NCBI GenBank assembly: GCA_951406725.2
Contig: OX597821.1
Coordinates: 79,856,001-79,920,000, forward strand
Length of the DNA: 64,000 nt
From: Octopus vulgaris
Taxonomy: Eukaryota
Direction: 5' to 3'
In this document: positions 52,201 to 64,000 of the stretch, in pieces
How positions within the stretch are numbered: position 1 is the stretch's first letter
How the letters are laid out: the number at the start of each line of letters is the position of its first letter
The notes under the pieces: generated by a model
Seen by the model: only the letters and a program-made list of their open reading frames with translations
What the model was told of the DNA's origin: nothing
Databases searched by the model: none
Translations under genes and position numbers: made by a program

Positions 52201-52671
52201 GTCTGTCTGTCTGACTATCTATCTATCTATCTATATATTTATTTACATTGTATACATATATATGTGTATATTTACAGACGCACGTCATTTACAGGCTAAA
52301 ACAATGCAAACGCATTGTGACTAGCGATGTGTAGCAACATCTGATGGTCTGGTCGGTCACGTGATCACGTGATATATATATATATACAGAGGGGGAAAGA
52401 GCGAGAAAAGGAGAGAGAGGGGGAGAGAGAGACGTACGCGCACACACTGACCTATACGCACGAGCATACATGCATGCACACAAACTCGGGCATGTGTTCG
52501 CATCTGAACACACGCATACACACACACATACATACACCCCCCCCCAAACACACAAAGATATGTTTACATACATACATACATGCATACATATATATGCATA
52601 TATATGTATGTGTATGTATGTACACACACAAAAACATAAATACATTTATATAAATATATATGAATATATAT

Positions 52672-52725
<54 letters not shown>

Positions 52726-53267
52726 CGGGAAGCTTTATGAAAATAAACAAAAGACGATAATATATATACATATACATACATATACGTATACATATATATT
52801 TTATATATGTATACAACACACATACATGCTCACATATATACATGTATATACTAGTCTATTCTTGCCCACGTAAACACAACACACACCTGTCTGTATGTAT
52901 AAACATGCATATTAATATGTAAGTATGCATGTGTTTGCGTGCGTGCGTGCGTGCGTGTGTCCGTGAGTGTGTGTGTGTGTATTATATTTCTGCGGTATGT
53001 ATATGTGTGTTTATCCACTGAGATTTCAGAATAATATATGTTCATGTACTTATTGTACGCCTAAACATGTGCACAAATATATTTATGTAAACACACATGC
53101 ACACACATTCTTATTTATGCATATGCATATGTTGCAATATGCATATAAAAAAATCATATATGTGGACGACTGTGAATGGATTAAGTCTTACATGCATAGA
53201 TATATATATTGCTTTGTACATATTTGTGTGTGTTTGTGCGTGCGAGTGAGTGTGCATTTGTGTGTTT

Positions 53268-53320
<53 letters not shown>

Positions 53321-53505
53321 AGACATAAAATACATGCATGTTAAATAAACAATACGTAGGCGTATGTTTGTTAACTGTTTGTACATTTGTATGTGTAACT
53401 ACTTATGCATGAATATACTTACATACATATATACATATACATACATACATACATGCATACATACATACATACGTACATACATGCATACATACATATATGT
53501 ACATA

Positions 53506-53570
<65 letters not shown>

Positions 53571-53661
53571 TTCCTCTCTTTCAGTATTGTTTATAGTTCT
53601 GCACTTAGGGCCACTTTTGCACGCGCGCACTCACCCACATCTGTATGTATATATATCTTTA

Positions 53662-53705
<44 letters not shown>

Positions 53706-54408
53706 CATAAATATGTGTATGTATAATCACATATATTTATACATATTTATACATATATGTATGAGTGTATGTCTATATAAACATGTATATACATATGAAA
53801 GCTTGTATGCATATGTACATGCTTGTTTATGTTCATGTGTGTGTGTGTGTGTGAGTATGAAAACAAAGAAACGCACAGATAAACAACCTGGCTCTTCACC
53901 ATCACCCAACATACCGAGACACACACTCACACACCGCATTTCACACCCTATCAACGAAACCCCTTTGCTTTTTAAACAGACGTATGGAATCACATATGTC
54001 TATACACATTTCCTTTTTGCACCCCATTTTATAACCTAGACACCTCATATCGTATGAATCCTTTTAATTTCACATCACTATTATAATCGTAATCATCCTG
54101 TAATTATAACTAAAAGTTTGAGTGAGACGGCTCGAGGATTTCATCGCCCCTAATTCTCAACTGGTACTTGTTTCATCGACCCCGAAAGGATGAAAGGTAA
54201 AGTCAACCGCGGCGGAATTTGATCTCAGAGCATAAGGACGGACGAAATGCCGGACAAAATGCTTAACGACATTTCTTCCGCCTCTTTACATTCTAATTGC
54301 AATGTCACCGAGGTCAACTTTGCTATTCATCTCTTCACAATCGACGAAATAGGTAATAGCTGAGCACCAGTTGAGCCTAACATTTCAGGCCTTGTGCCTC
54401 TTTTAGAA

Positions 54409-54447
<39 letters not shown>

Positions 54448-54450
<3 letters not shown>

Positions 54451-54746
54451 TAGTTTTATTTTTATAGCGTGCTTTCACTTCACTACCGAGCGCAGCTCTG
54501 TGTGCCTTGGGTATGTGCTGTGATTTGTTGTGATGCTCTGATGGTTATTGTATGGAAAGTGTTCTGCGTAGGATGTGTGCAGTGCCTAGTAGTGCAATTT
54601 TCTGTATGTTATATGTGTTTGTAAGTCCTGGTGTTTTTGTTATGTATTTGTCTGAACATTTTTTTTTATCATGCCTAATGCACCTACTATAATAGGAATT
54701 GTTTCTGTTTTTAGATTCCACATTCTGGTTACCTCTATTTCCAGGT
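54448..54746 (-). mobile_element. 3' end of an R4/Dong-type retrotransposon inserted in (TAA)n
   Basis: LEIEVTRMWNLKTETIPIIVGALGMIKK / IQKIALLGTAHILRRTLSIQ*, short UTR, (TAA)n on both flanks. Confidence 0.85.
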
Positions 54747-54750
54747 TATT

Positions 54751-54830
<80 letters not shown>

Positions 54831-55610
54831 GTTCGGGTGAGGGTATGTGTACATATGTAAGTGTATGCAAGGGTATGCGGGTATGCGTGTACACGTGTAC
54901 ATGCATATGTGTGCATTAGCTTGTATTCATTATACTTTACATTGTCACGTTACTTTCTACCTAAAGTATTTCATGATTTGTTTTGTATTAATCATATATT
55001 TGTATTGTTCTGAAGTATCATTCAGCTTTATCACTCTTTTTCTTAGCCAAACCCATCCCCACAAATAATGATTTCAGTTTTGAATATCAGCATATTTTAC
55101 CGCAAGCAATCTTGTATCAGCTACATAGATGTGTTGTTTTCCTATGTCTGCAAAAATACTTTCCCGTCTCTTTTATATACCCGACTAACTTATCCAGATA
55201 ACAGTTCTATAACATAAAATTCGATCTCGATCAAGGTGTACAAATAAATAATAAATGTGAGGGTGAGTATTAAACACATTTTGCATATAATCTGTAAAGT
55301 CGATCCATATCATACTAGTTTACATCTCTTGCCCATATAGAATTTGTTATCGTTGTCGGTATGTTTGTTGTTAATATTATTATGTGTTGTATTTTCAGGT
55401 ATTTAGGTATTTATTGTTTTTGTATTGTAGTTATTGTACTATTGTAGTAGTTGTTGTTGCTATTATTTATCATATACATATGTGTACGGTGTATATGTAA
55501 ATGTATGCGTGACGTTGTTATATATCGTTATAGCGGCGTCATTGCGTGTATGCATGTATGTATATCTGCATACATGTACGTTTACATATATAAACATATG
55601 TGTGTGTGTG

Positions 55611-55689
<79 letters not shown>

Positions 55690-55835
55690 TATTATATACA
55701 TATATATATACATATACATACATGAATATATATATATACGTATATATATAAATATATATATATATACATATATATATTATGTTTATACATGCATATATGT
55801 GTATATATATATCTGTGTATATAGGAATATATATG

Positions 55836-55892
<57 letters not shown>

Positions 55893-56021
55893 GTATATAT
55901 AGTCTTGCACTCTCCAGTCTTTATTCTATATATTTATATTATTATATTTACTGCCATGATCGTGTATGTATGTATGTATGTATGTATGTATGTATATATA
56001 TATATATGTATAAATATATAC

Positions 56022-56066
<45 letters not shown>

Positions 56067-56122
56067 TATATTTATACATACATACAAACATACATACATG
56101 CATACATACATCATCTCTCAAG

Positions 56123-56442
56123 TTAACATTTCCTTCTATTGTCATATTTAATAAACTTGCGAATTCTTCTGTGCCATCTTTTCTTCCAGCGCAGAATGAT
56201 GCTACGGGAGTTAATGATGTAGCCATTCTCATTGCCTCCAGCCGAATTCCCCAGTAGAATGTGTCGTCTACCGATGCGTATCTTCGGACACTTGCAGCCT
56301 AAATCTCTTCTGGAGATCCACATCACCGAACGCCCTCTATGGATATTCGTTTTTGTCCGCTTCATCACAGATAAAACGCTGATAGCGAATTTCACCCAGT
56401 TGTCACCTTCTTTCTCGCGGGACAGAATTTGTATGATCACCG
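56123..56442 (-). CDS. netrin: Netrin terminal coding exon, NTR/C345C domain
   Basis: [29 protein letters not shown]...RG...[13 protein letters not shown]....ILLG...W...W.RRIRKF......KC* aligns with the netrin-1/UNC-6 C-terminus; strong acceptor TTCTTTTACTTCCTTTATTTTCAG at 56443; no upstream exon recognised in the window. Confidence 0.93.
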
Positions 56443-56694
56443 CTGAAAATAAAGGAAGTAAAAGAAAATAATTAATAATTAAAATTTAATGGGAGAAAAT
56501 ATTCTGTTCTCGTTATCTGCCAAAGGGGCAAAAACGTTATAAGCAAAACATTGAAGAAAGTATGTGAAAATAAAGAGCCAAAACAACAGTGGTTCTAACT
56601 ATGTTACCCGCTTGCAAGTCCTATATTGGACTCCAGACCCTACAGTGAAAAATTAAGAAAAATATTTCTCACGGCTAACCAGTTCTGTTATTAT

Positions 56695-57373
56695 GTTATT
56701 TGTTTCAGTTATTTGATTGCGGCTCTGCTGGAGCACCACCTTAATGGGATTTTAGTCGCAGAAATCATTATTCTATTGGACTCTTTGCCGAACCGTTAAT
56801 TTGCGGGGACTTAAACAAACCAATATCGGTTGCCAAGCGATGGTTAGGGTACAAAGACACACACACGCACTCGTGTGCGCACGCACACACACATACACAC
56901 ACGCACACACGCACACGCTCACGCACATACGCACACACGAACACACGCACGCACACACATGCTCACAATTTCCGTCTGCCAGATCCACTCACAAGGCTTT
57001 GGTCGGCCCAAGGCTATAGTAAAAGACACTTGCCCAAGGTACCACGCAGTGGGACTGAACCCAGAACCCTGTAGCTGGGAAGCAAACTTCTTACCATACA
57101 GCCACACCTAAACGTTTCTTTTAAGTTTTACTTGTTTCGGTCATTGGACTGCGGCCATGCTAGGGCACCGCCTTGAAGGATTTGGTCGAACAAATCGAGC
57201 GCACTATGTATTTTCTTAGGTTAGTACTTATTGTATCGGTATCTTTTGCTGAACTACTTAGTTACAGGGCGTAAATAAACCAAAACCTGCTGTTAAGCTT
57301 TGATGGAGAACAAATATAACCACGAAGACTCAAATACTCAGACACACACATGAAGATCACGCACATACAGAAA

Positions 57374-57440
<67 letters not shown>

Positions 57441-57650
57441 TCATACACACGTACACACATATAAATATATATATATATATATACATGGATTCTCTTGTCG
57501 TAGACGACAATTGAGTGTTCTGCAATTTCTTACTAACAAGATGATTTGTTTCTCTCTGCCAATTTCGCTCACAAGGTCGGCCCGGGGCTATAATAAAAGA
57601 GACATGCTCAAAGTTTCGCGCAGTGGAGATGAACCCCAAAACATGCACGA
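56695..57650 (-). mobile_element. Two diverged SINE family A copies in the netrin last intron
   Basis: 56695-57108 and 57125-57650 match the family. Confidence 0.75.
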
Positions 57651-59454
57651 GCACGTAAGTGGCTTTTGAATCTCGAGAGCTGTCTGAAATTTGCATTACA
57701 AACCGTACAAATATGTCTCACCTCAAACGATGCAGTGTTGTTTGTCTTGTCTAATTTATGGATATTAAAATGTTATTTTAGATCAGCGCGGGACTTACAT
57801 ACATATGCATAAATATAAGTAGATATGAGTGCATGAGGTATGCGCCTATGTTTATATGTATTGTAACTGAATTACATAAGTCAACTAGGAGACAAAGAAG
57901 ACAATCTAGAAGAAAAGTTGAATATTTACTTTATAACATGCACAACACACTGTAATAAGTGGTTAGCATTAGGTTTTATGTAAGAAGTGAAACCTATTTA
58001 AGGTATGTATGCATCACACTGCGATTGGACATACTGGCATAAAGTTTTCTGAGAGTCATTTGATAATCTTTTTCACATTTGGTTCCCATTTCTAATAATT
58101 TTTATACTTTAGGTCTAATTATTCCTTTGTATAATACTGCTCACTTTCTTAGTAAATGTTGTTTACATTATTTTATCACAGTCATAAGCTCTCTTTTTTT
58201 AAACAAACATCAAGGTAGCCCAACTACGCAGGGGAACTTTGTTAAGCTTTACCTTCCCCTCAAAGCAATATAGAGGTTTCAATTCAGCAGCCCGTCTGTA
58301 AGCTTTGCAGTGTGTGTGTGAGAGAGAAAACAAACAATGAATGAAATAAACATGAAATGAAAACAACCGTATAAATAAAAGGACATAACTACAGATATAT
58401 ACACCCCCGACTTTGTTGCCTCATAACATCCTCAAAAATGAATACTTTTTAACGAATGTTTTTTTTACAAATACCACTTAGATGCTGTGGCTTTAGAGTT
58501 TGTAGGGATATATGGAAAATAATTTTTCCGAGGTGTGGAGGAGTTTGGGAAAATTCACGCGATCCGACTTTTCCCCCTCATAACATCCAGCAATGGATAT
58601 ATTTTAATGAAAGTTTATACAAATATCTTTAAAAGAGCATAGATCACGATTATAAAGAAATGTGTGGGGAAAATTTTTTTCCGAGGGCGTGGGGAGAGGA
58701 GTTTCGTATCAGGAAGACCAAATATGTTAGAACTACTCTGATTTTTTTTTAAATCACAGTCTTTTTTTTTAAATCACAAATGATGGGGTAGGGATGAGAG
58801 CATCTTTGTTTGAGAAAAAGTTTTTAAAATCTCCCCCTCCCCCATCAACCCACTCCGGACCTATTTTGACCAATTTTTGTTGTACTTCAAAACCATGTGA
58901 GGAGCCATTTCGGTAAAAAGACCCCCCCCCCAGAAATTGTAAATATTTTGAGAGGGAAAAGTGAGTGATTTAAGGGAGATTTGGCTGTTATTTCTAGCAC
59001 ATCACAACACAACCCTCTATGTTTCTTTATCACTCTCGTATGTATTGATGTTTTTGACTATTTTCCTCCCCGTAAGTACATTTATATGCTAAAGAAAAGA
59101 AAATTTGAAAAATCATGAATTTTTTGCAATCCCACTCCCTGCCCCTGATTGTTTCTCTTTATAAATTAAAATACTGGAAAGCCTGAAAAGGTCATTGCTA
59201 ACATTTATCCACAGTGATTTAGAGAAACGGTTATGTAAACGATAACTCATTTTAATAGCATACTTTTCTGTTAGAAAACGTTTTTTCTTACACACACACG
59301 GCTTCGCTTGATTGAAGTGGGGGTAAAAATTTGGATTACACTTTTTTGTTGTTGCTTATATTCCACCAATGGACCACGCGTGTGTTATTTCGGTATCATA
59401 ATTCAATAAATTTGTATTTAATGGGAGAAAAATATTGAAAAAACATCCATCAAT

Positions 59455-59878
59455 AGGCACAGGAGTGACTGTATGGTAAGTAGCTTGCTTACTAATAACG
59501 TGGTTGCGGGTTCAGTCCCACTGCGTGATACCTTGGGCAAGTGCCTTCTACTATAGCCTTAGGCCGACCAAAGCCTTGTGAGTGGATTTGATAGACGGAA
59601 ACTGTAAGAAGTCCGTCGTATATATGTATGTATGGATGTATATATATATATATAAATGTGTGTGTGTGTGTGTTTGTGTGTGTGTATGCTTATGTGTCTG
59701 TATTTGTCCCCTCGACATCACTTGACAACCGATGCTAGTGTGTTTACGTCCCCGTAACTTAGCGGTTCGGCAAAAGAGACCGATAGAATAAGTACTAGGC
59801 TTTCAAAGAATAGGTCCTGAGGTCGATTTGCGCGCGACTAAAGGCGGTACACCAGCATGGCCGCAGTCAAATGATTGT
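59455..59878 (+). mobile_element. SINE family A, full length
   Basis: Family match. Confidence 0.9.
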
Positions 59879-59879
59879 A

Positions 59880-59919
<40 letters not shown>

Positions 59920-60153
59920 TGTGTGTGTTTGCGTGTGTGTGTGTGTGTGTGCACGGGCGTGCGTGTATGTGCAGTAAAATGGTTCGCTTGATTTGATAAA
60001 CGTATTGACTCTTTTGCGTAACTGATTTAGTCTGATTGAGAAATGTACGATTTGTCTCCTCTCTCTGTCTACATCTACGTCTGTCTGGTTGCTTGTCTCG
60101 CTTTCTTCCCTTGTCTATATATAGATCTAAAAATTTAACGCACACATTTACAT

Positions 60154-60199
<46 letters not shown>

Positions 60200-60219
60200 T
60201 TATATATATATATACATAT

Positions 60220-60250
<31 letters not shown>

Positions 60251-60552
60251 CATACATATATATATGTATTTATATATCTATATATGTATATATGCATATA
60301 TATATGTATAAATATATAAATGTGTGTATGTACGTGTATATCAATGTATGTATGTTCGGATGTATTTATATATATAAGCAGATAAACAACTACTATATAT
60401 ATATATATATATATACATGCACACACACATATATATACATATACATGAATACATATAAATATACCTATACACACATATATGCCTATAAATATACCTACAT
60501 ATATGCATACATGTAATATACATACACACACAAATATATTTGTGTATATGCG

Positions 60553-60588
<36 letters not shown>

Positions 60589-61124
60589 TGTATGTTTGTA
60601 TGTATGTATGTCTGGATGTATGTGTGTACGTATGTATGCACAGTGATTGTCTATCCGTCTATCTTCTCCGCGTCTTATATGACAGTCTCGTAATAAATCA
60701 GTCACTCATAAGGCTACGGTTTGTTTATCAACTTTCAAAATCTGCCGACACTCACATCTTTTATCTCAATGAATAGCAATTGTATTCCGCATCGGTGAAC
60801 ATCCAAATGAACATTTCATTGCAGTCTCACCTTTCACTGACCTCCCTATTTCACTGCTGAGTCAGATGAGAGGTCAGTGACTCAGCACATTATTCTAGTC
60901 CACACTAAAACAGCACTTCCTCGTTAACACCATTTAGAATGGCACGAGAGTGTATATAGATACGAATTCATAAGTTCTTACATCCAGCCATCCATCCATC
61001 CATCCATGCATACATACATACATACATACATACATACATACATACATACATACATACATACATACATGCCTGCATAGACATATGCATGCATACATGCATA
61101 TACACATGCATACATACATACATG

Positions 61125-61187
<63 letters not shown>

Positions 61188-62719
61188 ACATACACATATA
61201 TAAGCGTAAGAGTGGCTGTGTGTTAAGTAGCTTGCTTACGAACTCCAGGGTTCCGTGGAGAAGGCGGTTTCAGTTGATTTAAACCAACTGATGCAACTCA
61301 GCCTGAAGAAATAACGCGTTTTCTCGGTTGATCTTCTGCCCTTCATCAAATTCAATAAATGGAAATAAATCTTATTCCCATTTATAATTAAGCTTGAATC
61401 TGGAATTATTTTAAAGCTTTTATTTCAGAGAAAAAAATATCATTTTGTTTTTCTCTTTTTTGTAAATACAATTGGCGATAACAAGCAGCTTCATTATCTA
61501 AACCTGGGAAAGTGAGCCTCATTCTATAAACGTTCAATCCATACCCTTTAATCGTTGTCTGACAGACACTGTATTCTCTTTAAATTCATCTAGTTCTGTC
61601 CTTATTATTTCTTTTGCGATATTTTCCTTTCTTTCTTTCCTTCTTCATTTCTTTCCTTCTTTCCTTCATTTCTTTCGCTGTGATCCTCGTTACTCAACTC
61701 GCTCAACGCAAAGCTAATAAATTACCCGATTCAACATCGAAGAGAAGCTCTTTCCTAACCGTAGCAATCTCATCAAAGGCTTTGCCTACTAGATTTTTAA
61801 AAAATCTCATGCAGCTAGTTGTCTTTCTTCTGGCGGCTCATAAATATATTAGATTGCTTGTTTGAAGGAATTTCTTTCTCTAAAATTCTTTAAGAGTAAT
61901 AACATATGTCGTAGCTTTAATTGCCTGTGAGAAAGTTCTTCACAGATATTAAGTCTTACACAAATCTATTGTTCTTTTGTTCAAGGTTGTGACAGCCATA
62001 TTGGACGCTAAAACTGTGACGTGTTCATTAGTTTCAAAAATCATTGAGTTAAGATGACCAACAGTATTGTTACGAATGAAGAGGAAATTTGAAAATTAAA
62101 TTATTTTTCCTGCAAAAAGCTTTAAATTCCAGACAAAATGCAGCGTTGCAATTTTCAAACAAGATTTTTGAGACACGTATCTTTTTTTTTTATTTGATCG
62201 CCGAGTGACAGAAAGAGGTCGCTTGCTTCACCCTTTTAAAACTTTTAGGTTCATTCAATAAATAAATATCAACCCTAATTTGCAGTCTTCTTTGGAAGAA
62301 TCATTAAATAAATTAGTTTTCCCTCCGATCCCAGACTTAGCTCGTGTCCCCCCACCTCAAGTACTTGCTCGTGGATATGAACAACTGCCTTACGCTTTCA
62401 CTCGACTTGCAAGAAATAACAATTAAACCTTCATTTAATGACCCTGGATCATATAAGATACGCTATGAACTAGGTATATTAGGTAACATAGCTTATGATA
62501 AACTATGACTGGAAAGGCGAGATGGTCTTGGTTGGAATGCCTTTAATCTGGAATGGCTTTAATCTGCTCATTACAACAATGATATCAGCAATAAAAAAAT
62601 TATGTACTACGACATGTCCTATAAAATGCCTCCATATAGTAGCTCCGTGTTCTAGAGAACTAAACCACTCTTAAGAGTACATCATTTCCTTAAAGTGATT
62701 ATAACTTTCATCATTTAAA

Positions 62720-63332
62720 GGCGGCGAGCTGGCAGAAACGTTAGCACGCCAGGCGAAATGCTTAGCGGTATTTCGTCTGCCGTTACGTTCTGAGTTCAAA
62801 TTCCACCGAGGTCGACTTTGTCTTTCATCATTACGGGGTCGATTAAATAAGTACCAGTTACGCACTGGGATCGATATAATCGACTTAATCCGTTTGTCTG
62901 TCCTTGTTTGCCCTCTCTGTGCTTAGCTCCTTGTGGGTAATAAAGAAATAGGTATTTCGTCTGCTGTTACGTTCTGAGTTCAAATCCCGCCGAGGTCGAC
63001 TTTGTCTTTCATCTTTTCGAGGTTGATTAAATAAGTACCAGTTACACACTGGAGTCGATGTAATCGACTTAATCTCTTCGTTGGTCCTTGTTTGTCCCTT
63101 CTATGTTTAGCCCCATGTGGGCAGTAAAGAAATAAGAAACGTTAGAACACGGGCGAAATGCTAAGCAGTATTTCGTTTGTCTTTACGTTCTGAGTTCAAA
63201 TTCGCAGAGGTCGACTTTGCCTTTCATCCTTTCAGGGTCGATAAATTAAGTACCAGTTGCGTACTGGGGTCGATCTAATCGACTGGTTCCCTCCCACAAA
63301 ATTTCGGGCCTTGTGCCTAGAGTAAAAAAGTA
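62720..63332 (+). mobile_element. SINE family D, trimeric
   Basis: Units restart at 62951 and 63136. Confidence 0.9.
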
Positions 63333-63576
63333 CTTTCATCATTTATTCGGTAGACACGTTTCATTCTTTTATTCAATTTCACTTTCTTCGATCATTTAAC
63401 TGCAGTCATGCTGAGGTATCGTCTTGAAGAGTTGAGTCGAATTTATTCTTTTAAGTTTGGTTTTTATCCAATCGGTCTCTATTACAGAACCGCTAAGTTA
63501 CGGGTGCGTAAACAAACCAACACCAGTTGTTAAGTGGTGAGAGAACAAACGTAAAGATAAAGAATAATACATGCAC

Positions 63577-63640
<64 letters not shown>

Positions 63641-64000
63641 GACGACAGACAAACAGGCGTGTGTGTATGTGTGTATGTGTGTGTGTGTGTGTGTACATAT
63701 AGAGAAGTAAATGTAAAGATAAGCAAGTTAAACTTGAACTTCTTTCCTTTAACACCTCAAATGTAAAGATCTCTTCCCTGAAGACGGAAGCTCGTCTCAT
63801 CCTACGATGAAATCAATCTACAAACATTATTTGGGACCACCAAATATATATTATTTCCATAGCCCCTCCAGAAACAGCTGTTGGATTTGTAATACTTTGC
63901 TCCAACTCTTTTAATTCTCTAGATCATTGGTGCTCTGTGTAAGTCGAACCTTTTCGTATGTAAACATATATACATTTTTTGTATTTCATGTATTTAATAT

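Noticed and set aside
58253-58295. Possible upstream netrin exon on the minus strand
   Set aside because: Translation lacks the expected C..KKDY-type sequence; the preceding exon is probably outside the window.
61260-61960. Coding-like decayed sequence on the minus strand
   Set aside because: Many stops and no recognisable motif; cannot be assigned without a search.

Overview
AT-rich, microsatellite-saturated eukaryotic DNA; the SINE/LINE repertoire suggests an octopus (inference). Almost all ORFs in the supplied track are microsatellite or SINE artefacts. One host coding exon is recognisable: the terminal exon of a netrin gene (NTR/C345C domain, minus strand, 56123-56442). The rest is transposon-derived: a near full-length but frameshifted CR1-group LINE (22701-26881) plus a fragment, 3' ends of a second CR1-group LINE whose tail matches the most abundant SINE, a decayed Tc1 transposon, R4/Dong-type fragments next to (TAA)n, Penelope-like RT fragments, and at least four SINE families. 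The most interesting signal is a set of non-coding, hammerhead-bearing repeats inserted in (TA)n. One of them is an 852-bp-unit element (35725-36714) with direct terminal repeats. It carries a candidate non-circularly permuted hammerhead ribozyme whose predicted cleavage site lies about 10 nt from the 5' end of the inserted copies. All alignments and folds were done by eye and repeat boundaries are approximate.
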